From contig CM102284.1 of the NCBI GenBank assembly GCA_046563655.1, positions 3,348,001-3,412,000 on the forward strand: 64,000 nt of DNA. Reading direction: 5' to 3'. The DNA comes from Yuukianura sp. NJ FZ-2021. Lineage: Eukaryota. Each line of letters starts with the position of its first letter. Position 1 is the first letter of the stretch. A model generated the notes under the pieces. That model saw nothing but the letters and a program-made list of their open reading frames with translations. It made no database searches and was not told the origin of the DNA. Position numbers and translations under genes: made by a program. Shown here piece by piece: positions 50,101 to 63,180 of the stretch.

Positions 50101-53100
50101 CGAGCTTAAAATTAACTGTAGTGTTAACTTATTTAGAACCAAAATTGAATTAAAACTCAGGGCAGAAAGATGGAGCGTACCACTTACGCGGTTAACCTTT
50201 GACCTTGAAATTAAAGCCTCAAGTGGAATGCCTTTGGGAAAATTTCTGAGACAAATGTCAGGTACATATAAAACCAAAAGCCAAATCTGAAATCTCCGCT
50301 TTAAAAACGAACTGGTCTATTAGTGACACCCCCGATTTCAAAATTCTCAATTTTAGAAATGGACTTCATTTTTACCGTGACGAATAAAAGTTGACTAACG
50401 AAACAAGTTGGAGAAATCGAAGTTTACTATTTCACGTTATGCACAAGAGATCAAATTTTCCAACCATTGTAGTATTGCTAAATTGCTGTCTCTGTATTTT
50501 CTGTGTCGAAAATTCTTAACAATTTTAGGTGTGCTAATTTGATTTTGGTTTTCATAAGTTCTGGTTGTGTTTCAGAGACCCACCAATTCTGCAGTTTGCT
50601 GATCGACAGGATGTGCTGCTTCAGTTGCCACCAGGCCTCAAATTAAAAGAAATCAAATGGCTTTCGGTTTGGTGCCGGAGATTTACGGTAAATACCTATT
50701 CTAAACAGCTTTACAGTAAACTGAATTCAAATTAGGACTTTGCCAAAAAGCTGCTTGCAAACTAACTTTGCCAAGTGGAATTATTGCCAAAATGTTTTTT
50801 CTGCACGGCTAATGTACAAAAGGCTTCAAATTCCAAAAAGCCTCTTCTATGGTTCCATGGACACTTTAAATTCCATTTAAATGGATGGGGGTTTTAGGAA
50901 AGTGAATTACATGGGATTCGTTTCATTTGCGTTGAGTGCGTAGGGATTTTGAGCAAGAGATCGCTGGAGATTAGGGAAGAGCTTCTATGAACCTCCATGC
51001 TGAACGTGCGCTGGAAACGAACGGAGAAAGTGACGACAAACTTTCTTTGGCCAACAAAACTTTTTGTTTCTGCGAGCTCCAGGAAAGCTTTTAATTGAAC
51101 TTTCTCCAATAGTACATCAAAAAATTTCAAAAAATGAAGCGTTTCAACGCCACTTAAAACTTCCATGTTGTGAAATATACCCGGTTTCTTCAAAATTAGT
51201 TTGTCGTTCCTCTCGTCGAGAATTTTTTTTTTCAAAATTTCGAAAACTGCCTTCACAACTTTTTTGTAAGTGTTTTTAAAAATCGATTTTGTAGTAAACT
51301 TCGCCGAGATGAAAGAAAGGGAGTTTGTTGCTTTCGCTGTGTTTCAAAAAATATTTTGCACTAATTTGCTGTCCATTGGCAAATAACTGCCGGAATTAAA
51401 TTTTTCGTATTTTTCTTAGAAGAAAAGACAAAATTGTGAATAAGTAAGATTCTCGTTTTAGTGTTAGAAATTTTACGCTGAAGGGGAGGTTCCATGTGAT
51501 TTGGTCAGAAAGTGAAAAGATCAAAAGTGAAATGATCAGAAAAAAAAGGTCAGAAAAGGAAGGAACGTAACCAAACCTAACCTTAGATCTTTTGAATTCT
51601 GACCTTTTCACTTCTGATCATTTCACTTCTGACCAAATATTTCTGACCATTTCACCTGCTACGGAAGGGGAATGGCCCTACAAAAGGTGGATTTGGTTCA
51701 GAATTTTGGAATTTTGCGGATTTAGGCTCGTTTTGAGTCGTTCCGATTCTTCCAAGATTCTTATGAATATTTCATGGGAGCAGGACGTTTTGTCTCAATT
51801 TTTCTTTGGAGTGGAAATGAAATACGAGAGGGGCAGTAAGTGAACGGAGGGAGCCAGAGTTTCTTTTCATGTTTTTGGAGACAGGGGAAAGTGAAGGAGG
51901 TTTATCACGGGATAAAATCCTGGATTTCTTCCACTTTCCTTCCATCAGCCCCATCGTAATAACTCTAGATTCAGTGGCACCTTAGTAGCCACTAGGTAGT
52001 GGTAGCCACCCAGAGCCACCTTAGTAGCCACTGCACCCTGGTGGAAGAAAAATTCGTCTGCCGTCGTAAAAAATGTAGTGGGTCCACCGACCGAGAAATA
52101 AGATTTTGAGTCTCTCATGCGTTGAGAAGAAGATAATAAGACGCAGTGGGAGCTCCACCGCAAACCGCAACTTTCTTGCCCCCATTCTTTTTGGGGTAGG
52201 CGAAGTTTTAGATAGGAAGTAAGCAGGAATTGATCTTTTTATGATGATGCCATCAAAGGCTTGTCAAATCATCTTAAAGTTTCCGAACATTCCAAACCGG
52301 TAAACCGGCAAATCTCGCAACTTTCATTTTCAACCTTGCGTCATCCGCTACAACAATTTTTTTTTTGGAATTGTTAGCTTTCGCAAAATTGCAACGACTG
52401 GAATCCATTAAAATTTATCTCGTGCCAAATTCTATTAAAATCTTTATGTAGTAAGAAAAGTTCAGATTGCGAAACACTGTTTTTAGAACGAACAACAATC
52501 CAAGTAACCTTTACCTTGGTTCAAAAAACACTCCTTCGAGCTGTTGCGCGAAAATTCGTAAAACGTTGTGCTAAAAAGTTTTGACACGGAAGATTTGTTT
52601 CAGAAAACGCCAGAGCTACTCTGATTACCTGCCAAAGCAAGTTTAGCAAGGTTTCGATTTTTCCCAAATTGACAAGTTTAGCGCAAAGACACCTCTGGTT
52701 AGGTTAGGGATACAGTAGGTTTTGGTAAGTTGGGTTACGTTTTTACAGCCAATTTGTGAAGTTGGTGCTGGTGAGTTAGGGCACAATTTATTAAGTTTTA
52801 GAAGTCTCTGGTTCTATTGATTTCTTTATTAAATTGCGTCTTTCTCAGCACAACCTAAACTCTGGTGCTGCTGAGTCATTTGGGAGAAAGTGATGATAAT
52901 GGTGATAATGGGGCTGAAAACGGAGCGTTTTCGGGTGATGTTGCTTTGTGGAGGTGGCTTCCAGAACTTTTGGTAATGGACGACATCAAATCGAAATCTC
53001 GTCTTTTGTCTTCATTTTGCTTTCACTGCGGCGGTCCTTGGACCTCGAACGTCTGACGCTTCTCAACCTTTAAATTGGGATCTTCCAGAAAACGGGAGTT

Positions 53101-56100
53101 TCAAAAGTGGCACTTCATCCGAATTTCAGAGCCACACTTACTGCGTTTCACTTTCTTCACTTTCACTTTCCAGCAAAAACTAATATCAACTTAAGGCTCT
53201 CGAGGCAGAAACGCTTATTTAAACTCAAGTTTTCCCTCGATGGCTCTCTGAAATCAAAGCAAGAATGTAGCATGAACTTTCTCGAAGTTTTTGCGGCGAT
53301 TACTGGCGACTATTTTGAAATTTTGAAGTCGATTACTTGGGAATTTTTCGGGGAAGTAACGTTAACTAGCATTCGAGATGAAATTTTCATGAAAATTGTT
53401 TGAAACTAAACTTTTACAGAGGAGGAATTTCTTCGAACTTTGGCAGTAAGGCTCCGTATCTTGTAAACACTTTGAATACGTGACCTGGAGGGTGATGCTG
53501 TATTTGTAATGGCTTAAGTATTTGCTTGGAAACTGAATCTGTGAGTGTTAAAAATAGGTTGTATTCCCATAGGTAAACTTCGGGGAGGTTTACATTCCGT
53601 CGACCCTTGACCCACCGAAACGAAAAGCTTTGCCTGAATTTACGCGGGAGGCTCATGGACTCAAATCGGGAAACATCACGATCCTGGACGCCAAGACGTT
53701 TTACATCCCCAATTTGCATTACGATGGAGCTGGGCCCGATGCTTTCTTTTGGGTGGGAACCGGACCGGGTCCGCACCCCGGAGGGCGCAAAATCCCCAAT
53801 GAAAAAGGAAGGTGAGACAAATCCGTCAAAACGCATTTCCTCAACTTCAACTGTTTAAAACTTTGTTTCGTTTTCTTTTTTCATTAATTTTTTTTGTCCA
53901 GTACGGAGGTGTTGTCGGGCTATCAGGGAGAAGACATCGAGCTTACCCTGCCCGGAGATTTGACAGTCTTCGAAATTGACTGGCTGTCGATGTGGTGCAT
54001 CTCGTAAGTTATCTCTTCCCAAAATGAAAAAAAAAAAGTTTAGCCTATGCCTTAATTGACGTTAAGGTGATCACAAGATTACGTAACAAATTACCATGAT
54101 TTTTAGGTACAAACACAATTTTGGTCATGTCTTGATTCCAAAAAATCTCAACATTCCACCAGCCCTAGGTCAATACAGAATAACGGTAAGTTTATAATTT
54201 ACAAAGCGCAATTTTTTTCGGAGTAAATTAGCGAAAGTTAAACAAAAGGGATTTTGCCAATAAAATTAAAAAGTAAAACCAATTATTCACGCTGCTCAGC
54301 CGATTTTTGGCTACGTTCCGCCATTTACAACAGTGAGACCGATTATTCCAAGGGTAAGGTTGAATTTAGTAGACTGCAGATTGGAGTTACCGACGCTTGT
54401 AATCTAAGTGTTTCTTTTTATATCAAATCGAAAACTGAAATTTTAATAGTTCGTTTTCTTAAAAAACTGTTTTCCAGCACCACGACAAAAAGAAAAAGAA
54501 AACATCTGAATTTAAAAATTGTCGCGAACTGTCGTTTCCCAACGGTGACCGAAAGAGAGCTCAAATCCAATGGGAAAAAGACGGAAATTCGGTCAAGTTC
54601 AAAGTGGTTGCCAAAATTGCAGAAGAGCAGTACTTTGCACTCGGTAAGGTCAAAGGTCATTGGAAATTCCGGTAGTATATCTTTTCTAAGGCAAAGAACA
54701 AACTATTTTCATTCCTACCTCTTAAGTGCTCCAATTTTAGAAACTCACATCTTCTGCTGCTTCCTGCTTTTTATAAAGTTGAAAGGAATTGATTTAATCT
54801 CATTTGAACAAAAATAAGGAAAAGCTTTTCCGAAAAATATATTTTTGGAAAAAAAAAAGTTTTTGGTTGAATCAATTTTTTGAACATCCTCGCCTCGTTT
54901 GATTTTATTTTAGGATTCAGTCCTGCAAAGGGACTTGCAAAGATGGTGGGCGGAGATGCCGTAGTAATGTATTATACGCCCACGGAACGTAAGAAGTTTC
55001 ATGCTGTTGACTACTACATGAGTGCAAAATCACAGGTAAGCTAAATCGACGTTTAGCACAAAATATGCATTGTTGCTATAAATTTTGAAAAGCGAATGCA
55101 TTTTTTATTTTATTCTGAATCAGTGTGATGGAAGAGATGGTGTTTGTCCAGATGCACGAATTGGAGGATCTAATGATGTCAGGGTTCTCAGTGGCGACAG
55201 AAAAAATGGATTCACGACAGTCACGTTTGAACGGCCGATTAACACACGCGAGGTGATATTTTTTTTAACTTTTGATGAGCTGGATGACCTTGACCTCTCA
55301 CCTTGATTTGAATTTGAATGTTTTTGTTTCAGTCGAAATATGATATTTCCTTGGACGATGAAATAAATATAATGATTGCCATCGGAAGTCTCAATGGCAG
55401 AAAAGAAGCAAATTTTCACCACGGAGAAAGAACTTCCGAAAATGGTAATCAAAAACGCATCTCTAGTTTCCAATTTGAAAATCTGCTGCAGATTTTCCAT
55501 AAATTATGAACATCATTCGCGGGTTTGTTAAACATTTGGAAAAGTTGAAATTTTTCTGAATTTTGAAATTGAATTCAGAGGACATCAGAATCTCTGTCCA
55601 CAGCACTGATGACCACACTTGTCTCTTGGGAGATGATTTTGCAAATGTGAGAGACACACAAGAAGAAAACCGCTACAAACCGTGGCCACCGGCAGTCATT
55701 GAAGGTGCAACAAATTTCACAGTGCGGATTGGTCCCACTGGTGGCAAACGAGGTTACACAAGTATCACAGGTAAGGAAAATTACAAACTTATAAGTACAA
55801 GTTTTCGAAAAAGAAAGAATTAAAAAAAAATTTGGAAACAATTTGAAAATGTTCCAAATTCTCTTTCACTTGCTTCTTTGTACTGGAAAGGTGTTAGGAG
55901 ACACGAACACGAAGGTGTGACGCCAATTCAATTTAAAATGTGTGTAAAAATTTTATATTTTTTGAAAACTTTGGCAGGTTCTCCATCGTGGGGCATTGCA
56001 TGGTGGGTCAACGAATTGCTAATACCCGAAATCTACGTCGAGCGGGGCAAAACCTATGTTTTTAAGGTGCAAGGGGGTAAGATTAAAGTCCAGTTCAACG

Positions 56101-57201
56101 GGAATGGCGCATGACCTTTGACCTCTGACCTTTCCAATGTTTTCGTAGGTGATGATCCCAAAAATCCTTCAAAGTACCACCCTCTGTATATCACGGATCA
56201 TCCAGAAGGGGGTTATGGACAGCGACGTGAGTACGAGCAAAAACAACAACGTGTCTTTGCTGGTGTTGGAAGGGATACGTCTGGGTACCCTTATCCCACT
56301 GCAGGTTAGATCGGATTGCTTACATTAATCTTGCCTTAAAATGACACCAATCGATTACTTGGATTAATATTAATCAAGTTACTCTAAAAAGTACTGTGCA
56401 ACATGATATTTGACGTTTTGGCTAAAACTAATGCAGCATTTTATGCTTTCTCTGGGAGTTAATGGATGCTGGATGGGTGAAACAGCATTTCCACGGTGTA
56501 ATCTAATCGTGTGACACCATTGAAAAACCTTTGAGCTCAATTGTAAACCAAGCAGTAGCGTGTCGCTGAAGTTAATCTCCCGTTTTTGTTTGTTTTTGCA
56601 ACATCTACTCCATTCACAGTGGGGCAGTACTGCGAGTATGAACACAAAACTGTTGACAAATCTGCTCAGTCTGAAACTTTTGAAGAGTACAAGAAGACGC
56701 TGAAGCTGGTTTGCAGCGATGAAGGAGTGCCGGGATACCTCATTTGGACAGTGACGGAAGACACGCCGGACACAGTTTACTACCAAGTAAGTCATCCTGA
56801 CGTTCTGTAGAAACGCTAAGACTAATCAGGATAATGGAGCCTTAAAAGTTTAAAGTTTTAAAAAATCGAAACCCGATTTTGGCAGCCAAGATTAATTTTT
56901 CATTTTGAAAGTTCGACAAATGCGCTGCAAAGTAATTAGCCCTCCGAAATACGCAATCCGTTTTTTAAAAATAAGTTAAGCATTTTCTGGAGCTGTTTGA
57001 TTGTAAAAATTTTAAGTAATTCAAAATTTTTTGCAGTGTTATACTCACAACAATTTGGGCTGGAAAATCCATGTTGTCAATCCAGGATTTCGACTAAGGC
57101 GAGATTCGTACAGTTCCAGCGATCCAGTCGCTTCAAGTCTTTCTCTACAACATCTCGTGGTTCTTACTGCCATAGTCCTTAGATTTATTCAAACTTATTA
57201 A
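38126..57201 (+). CDS. Knickkopf/Skeletor-family protein (signal peptide, DM13-DM13-DOMON, C-terminal domain, hydrophobic GPI-like tail)
   Basis: Exons 38126-38213 (signal peptide, phase-compatible), 46551-46688, 46804-46885, 50576-50687, 53573-53811, 53902-54003, 54107-54185, (54300-54353), 54478-54643, 54913-55035, 55124-55252, 55333-55444, about 55579-55770, 55978-56076, 56149-56304, 56619-56786, 57037-57201. Motifs YYGKFIG...HKVSGKVYAVDE...YDGNGPDAFFWVG, WLSVWCRRFTVNFG, IPNLHYDGAGPDAFFWVG, DYYMSAKSQCDG..GVCPD, WGIAWWVNELLIPEIYVERG, YHPLYITD, TPDTVYYQCYTHNNLGWKIHV. Confidence 0.88.
49831..49837 (-). terminator. RNA polymerase III oligo-T terminator of tRNA-Asp
   Basis: A7 on the plus strand (T7 on minus) 3 nt after the tRNA 3' end. 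Confidence 0.7.
49841..49912 (-). tRNA. tRNA-Asp (anticodon GTC), intronic and antisense to the Knk/Skeletor-like gene
   Basis: Minus strand TCCTCGGTAGTATAATGGTCAGTATCTCCGCCTGTCACGTGGGAAATCGGGGTTCGATTCCCCGCCGGGGAG: acceptor stem TCCTCGG/CCGGGGA, A and B boxes, CT-GTC-AC loop, T7 Pol III terminator immediately downstream. Confidence 0.92.
51499..51655. mobile_element. Small inverted-repeat element built from 15-bp subrepeats around an AACCTAACCT core (MITE/Helentron-associated-like remnant)
   Basis: Left ATTTGGTCAGAA-AGTGAAAAGATCAAA-AGTGAAATGATCAGA...GGTCAGAA is mirrored by TTCTGACCTTTTCAC-TTCTGATCATTTCAC-TTCTGACCAAAT...TTCTGACCATTTCAC. Family assignment is inference. Confidence 0.55.
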
Positions 57202-59740
57202 GTCCCATCCATAACAAATTAAGCTAAAGTGTGTTAAGTATTCATCATTTCCGTTGTGTATCGACCTCCGAACTCAGTGACCAGGTCAAAGGTCAGCCTC
57301 ATTTTTGCTTGCAAAGTGACAATAACTGGAGACAATACTCGTCAACTCTTGATGTGATGATTGAAACGGTTAATTTAAGGAAAGAGATTTTGAAATGTTC
57401 ACCATCCACCACTTTGCACTTCTTGCACTTTCACTTTGCACTTTTACCATTTCGCATTAACAAATTAAGATTGACATTATTTGACCTACGACACGCCAAA
57501 GACGTATGACCCACAGAATTGTTTGAGAAGGCTTTGTATATAGGAAGTGGAAGTGTCCTTTAACTGTAACCGTTCAAATACTGTTGTCAATTAATTATTT
57601 TTCAATTTAAAGGAAATCAAAGTTAACGTAAACTTATCAACCCAACGTATCAAATTACTTATCTAAAAAATCAATTTCAATTCAATTTCCAAAGTTACAA
57701 TTTCAGATCCTGGAGCCCTGATTACCCGGATACTAATGCTTTAACTGCTAGCATTAAAAGTAGAAATACTTAAGAGCAGCAAAACAGTCAGAATTTGAAA
57801 AATATTATTTAGGATTAGAAAGTTAACGTTAATTCCAGGTTCTTCGTTGTAGTAAAAAAAATTCTAAGGAAAATTTACTCTGAAGATGAGTGGTACTCGT
57901 AACTGTAAACAATCATAAATCAGCATTCCCTTAAAAAAAAGTTAAATATGAATTTGAAAGAGAAGACTACATATTTTTAAACCAATTTTTTAAAGGTGTG
58001 GATGGAAAATTTTAGGGCATCTCAAAATTCACGTTTTTAATTGTAACCTAAATTAAAGTAGTTACTCAATTTAACGTAACTTGGTCGGGGGTGTCCGAGT
58101 TGGTAAATCTGCAATTGACAATACACTAAAAACGTGAAAAGGAGACTCAAAATCACTCAAAATTTTCAACAATTGAAAATGCTGTGTATGACAATAATTC
58201 ATACTAATTAAGACAACTAATTAACTTAACAGTTATACGGAAGCACTCTTAACTTTCAAGTACACTTAGATTGAGTAGATTTCTAGGGATTTTTTGTGGA
58301 ATTTTACCGTCCTAGTACTCATTAGAATTAATTACGAATATTAGAGTAGAAATGTCCAGTTTAAAAGATCAAATTGTTTCAACTTGACCAGAGATTAGAA
58401 AATATTGACAATACAAAAATTGACAATTAAGTTACAACCATAAAGTTAATGCGACGACAATAAGGATGATCGCTACTGCATCAAGACAATAATAACTTTT
58501 CTCTAATTACTTAATTAACTGTAATTAAAACTACAATTGTTAATTTAATTAAAATATTGATTGGGAAAGGTTAAGGTTCTTCGACAAGGAATATTAGGAG
58601 TTAAATTGATTTAGCTTGGCTAAAAATTAGCATAATATCAATGTGGAATGTAATTGTTTACTAGGATGATGTAAACCTCCTAAATGTCAAAACTAAACGT
58701 CAAATTATATCTGGTATCAACAAATTTGAAATGTAAAAGTTTATTAACAATTAATGGTTAATCTTAATCGTGAATGTCTCTTCTCTGTTTAGTAACATCG
58801 TTTTTATAAATAAAAAATCCTAACGTAATCCTAATCCTGTAGTAAGAATCAACCTTCTTCAAAAATTCAGAAATTCTCATCAAGTCATAATTTTTCCGTT
58901 CCGCATGTTGCATTAAACGAAGAAATCGGATAAAATCCCAATCCCACACATATTCTTTATGGTCTGCAAATTCTTTACGGCAAATTTTTCATTAGCCCAT
59001 TAATTAGTTAGTTAATCAATTTTCGGTGTAAGCCTGATTTTTTTTACAATAAACTTTTTAGTTACTTCTGTATAAAATATCCCTTAATTGCAGAGGTAAC
59101 ATATTTAAAATATAGATTCTATGTTTACATCTTATTTTTTCCTATATATTTTAGTTTGCAATTTACTGCCTTTACTTTATTTATGTACTATTTCAATTTC
59201 ATAATTTTCGTATTTAGACTTTTGAATTAACTAGTTTAGTAGTTAAAACAACTTTGTCTTTCGCTCGAAGAATTTCATGTGCCCATGTCCACTGAAAGTT
59301 TTCCTGGTGATTGGCGGTTGTGAAGAGCTTATACATCAACCCTCGGACCATGTGTTTACGATTTACGTTCTAAAATGAATGTTCGGAGCTTACTTCTTTA
59401 CTTTACACCTTGTAAATTCGAAGGAGTTGTAAAATTGCCAATTTTAAGTACCAATTAATTTGTTGATGGACTTTATAGCAATATATTTCTGGGCAAAAAT
59501 CGTACATCGTAGCGCTTTACTTTGTCACACAACGTATTGCGTGCCTTTACTAAACGGTGTCTCTTGTGCGAGCGAGTGGGTGAGTGGGGTGTTTGTATTG
59601 TAAGCACTTGATTCTGATTCGTGATTGATTATTGTTGATGTGATTAATTTTTGAGTTTTCTTTTATAATTTGCAGATTTACACTCCGTTTTTTTAACCCA
59701 TAATCTCGCTGGATCAACGTCTCAAAGAACGGTCGATGAA

Positions 59741-62538
59741 ATGACTATTTTCGGGCAAATTAAGACACTATGGGAGGACGCCAGCGGTGTTTTTTCCTAC
59801 GTACGCATGCTGACGTCGTCATTGATGGCTATAGGAGTGTCAGTATTTGTACTATTTATTCGCACAACAATTTCCAGAATCCTGGGAATTGAGGCAAATC
59901 CAGTAAATGAACTGTCGGAATCCGAAATGTCCAGCCCGAGTGCCGACACCGCTGTCACTGGAAAAACGAAGCTTGTGTCGATTTACTATGGTACACAAAC
60001 AGGGACGGCACAAATGCTTGCGGAACAGCTACGCCATGATCTTCTTGCAAAACTAAATGATGAAGTTCGTGTAACCATTACCTGCCTCTCTCGCGTCGAA
60101 GTCGAAACATTGGCTGACCTACAGAAAGCTCCAGGCTCAGATTCTGTCTTTTGTATTTTCATATTATCCACATACGTCGATGGATCCTCACCGGAGAACT
60201 GCTCCTGGTTTTGCAAGAGTTTAGATGAACATGCCCATGATTTCCGCGTATCCAAGTCTCATCTGAAGAATCTCAAATATTCAGTGTTCGGACTTGGAAA
60301 TTCAGTCTACGGAGACTATTACAACAAGGTACTACTATTTTCCTATTAGTATGGTCCTTTGTTTCTTTAAAAGTTAATTTTGACTTTTGACGTAGGCTGC
60401 AATCGAACTCAACGCCAATTTACTAGAACTTGGAGCCAAGCTTTTCTTTCCAAATGGATTTGGAAACGAAAACGTTATTGATTCTACAACGGGTGGAACG
60501 TTTGCTGATTTCGAAGATTGGAAAAAGAAATTAACCGAGTACCTTGAAACTGGTCATCTCGTACTTCCAACTCTGGACCCAGTAATATCTTCAAAGTCTA
60601 AAGAAGACATGGAACCTAAAGATAACATTGAGTCGTCGTCAGAAGACGAAGCTGGAGAGAATGACGGAAAGGCTGGCTCTGCAGATCTCGTGGATTTAGA
60701 AGAATTGGGAAACGTTATGAGCCAAGCAAAACGAAAAATTCTGAAAGAAAAGAATGACCGCGCAAAGGGAAATGTGAAGGAAATGGTGACACCAGAGCTC
60801 AGGGAAGCATTGACAAAGCAAGGATACAAGTTGATCGGAAGTCACTCTGGAGTTAAGCTGTGTCGATGGACCAAGGTAACCACCTAAGTATTCTCTATTC
60901 TGTATTCTATAGGATTCTGCTTTATCGATTGTTGGCGAGGGAAAGGTTTACATAAAAGGCTATTACTAATAATATATACTTTTCTTTAGCTCAAAAATGG
61001 CTCTTAATTTACAAAAATTTTACTTTTTTTAGGCTATGTTACGTGGACGGGGTGGCTGCTACAAGCACACATTTTACGGAATTGCAAGTCATCAGTGTAT
61101 GGAGGCGACACCTTCACTTGCATGTGCCAACAAATGTGTCTTTTGTTGGCGACATCAAACGAACCCGGTCGGGACAGAATGGAAGTGGAAGATGGATGAT
61201 GCAGAAACGATTATTGAAGGGGCTCTAACGAATCACTACAAAATGATCAAGGAATTCAGAGGCGTACCAGGAGTCACAGCCGAACGAATAAATGAAGGAC
61301 TTCGTGCTCGTGTAAGTTCATAAGGACTTCACGCGTCTCTTTGATAAAAGTCTGGTTATGCGAAGGTCATTTCTCAAATAATGTAGTAGCATTTTTATTG
61401 ATCATTTGTTGCGTTTTCTTCTCTATTTGCAGCATTGTGCCTTGAGTTTGGTCGGAGAGCCGATAATGTATCCGCAAATCAACAAGTTCATTTCACTGCT
61501 TCACGAAAAGAGAATATCGTCCTTCCTTGTCACTAATGCTCAATTTCCAGAAGCAATCAGGTTAGTAAACAATTTCAACAATCATTTCTAACGTTGTTTT
61601 TTCTTATCGCCGTTTCTACAAATTCATTTTAGAACACTGAGCCCGGTAACCCAACTGTACGTTAGCGTGGACGCGTCAACGAAGGACAGTTTGAAGAAAA
61701 TTGACAGGCCACTTTTCAGAGATTTCTGGGAACGATTTTTGGACAGTTTGAGGGCCCTTCGTGACAAGGTAATTTCTTGATTTTTGACATGATTGTTTTC
61801 AAGTTTAAAATTACTGGAACTTTCATTCAGGGTCAACGTACAGTTTACCGCCTTACACTTGTCAAATCGTATAACATTGAGGAGTTGGAAAATTACGCTC
61901 AGCTTGTTTCTTTGGGAAATCCGGATTTTATAGAAATCAAGGTACGTCTCTTCCTCTAGCTGGTCTTGGGTGGTTGTAAATATTCAGCTTAATTTTGGTT
62001 TTTGAAATTGCTTTAGGGTGTCACTTACTGTGGAACTTCCAAATCCAGTACTCTGACTATGGATAATGTCCCTTGGCATTCAGAAGTTGTTGAGTTTACT
62101 CAGAAACTTGCAGAGTTCATTCCAGACTACGAGCTAGCCTGTGAACATGAGCACTCAAACTGTGTTCTGCTTGCAAATAAGAAAGTGAGGTCCATCAACA
62201 AATTCAATTTTAACATTTATTGAACTTGCAATGGTTGACTTTCAGTTTAAAGTCGACGGCGAATGGCACACTTGGATTGACTATGACAAGTTTCATCAAC
62301 TCGTCCAGAATTATTACACCAATGGGGAATCCGCCTCATTTACTGCTTTTGTAAGTTGGAAAACAGTCTTATTGAAGCTAGTGAAACAGTTTTACTAAAC
62401 GTTTCCAATTCTTGTTGACAGGATTACATGGCCAAGAGTCCGCCTTGGGCAGTTTACGGGTCCAACGAAAAGGGATTTGACCCAGATGAGACAAGATGGC
62501 TCCGAAAGAACGGGAAGAAGGACATTTCTGGCTGTTGA
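59741..62538 (+). CDS. TYW1: S-adenosyl-L-methionine-dependent tRNA 4-demethylwyosine synthase (flavodoxin + radical SAM)
   Basis: Exons 59741-60328, 60396-60875, 61033-61311, 61432-61560, 61632-61768, 61831-61941, 62017-62184, 62246-62350, 62422-62538. Flavodoxin IYYGTQTGTAQ...YSVFGLGNSVY; GYKLIGSHSGVKLCRWTK; MLRGRGGCYKHTFYGI; radical SAM CANKCVFC; HCALSLVGEP; ACEHEHSNC; GFDPDETRW. Confidence 0.96.
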
Positions 62539-63180
62539 ATTGAGTTGCTGTCTTCCCTTACGTCGATCCTTCGATGCCCGCGTAAACGCCTTAAAACGCC
62601 TCCTCGATTCTCGATTGTAAGAGAACGCAAGTGTAGGTGGTTGATCGGAACGTAAACGTTTGTTTCATTTCGTTAAAAAAAGTTGTTCCGCCTTGTTGTT
62701 AACCTTATTTATAAATAAATAATACACTTTAGATTTAGTACCTATTTCTATTTCTAAATATTGTTCAAGTTATTAAAATTTGTATAACGTTTTCTTTGTT
62801 GCACAGAAGTGTGATGAATGTTAGTTGTTTTTTTTTTCAATTGTACTTGATTGAAGTTGGTTTAATCACAGAGAAAGGTCAAGTACCTATCTCGGTTTGC
62901 TAATTTTTAAATTCTACTTTTAATTAACGAGATGCAGAGATGCCATTACTACGAAAGAAACAGCGTGCAAAAGGCTATTCACCATCACCGCAAATGCAAA
63001 AATACGGGACGGGAAGGAAACACAACCGGGAAGGTGTTCGCATTTGAAAATTTTCTTCCTTTTCCAAGGTGCTTTTTGCTACTAAAACGTTAAGTTCGAT
63101 TAATTAATATAAATTTTTAATTGGGGGCGTTTTAAATTAGAAAATAGTTCTCGAGCGTTTGATTGGGTCAAGATCAAACC

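Noticed and set aside
54254-54817. 187-aa ORF
   Set aside because: Off-frame overlap of real Knk/Skeletor-like exons and introns.
58028-58138. 12-bp inverted repeat TTCACGTTTTTA...TAAAAACGTGAA
   Set aside because: Too short and AT-rich, with no TSD; cannot be separated from chance.
49841-62538. Functional linkage of tRNA-Asp with neighbouring TYW1
   Set aside because: TYW1 modifies tRNA-Phe, not tRNA-Asp; proximity in a eukaryotic genome is likely coincidental.
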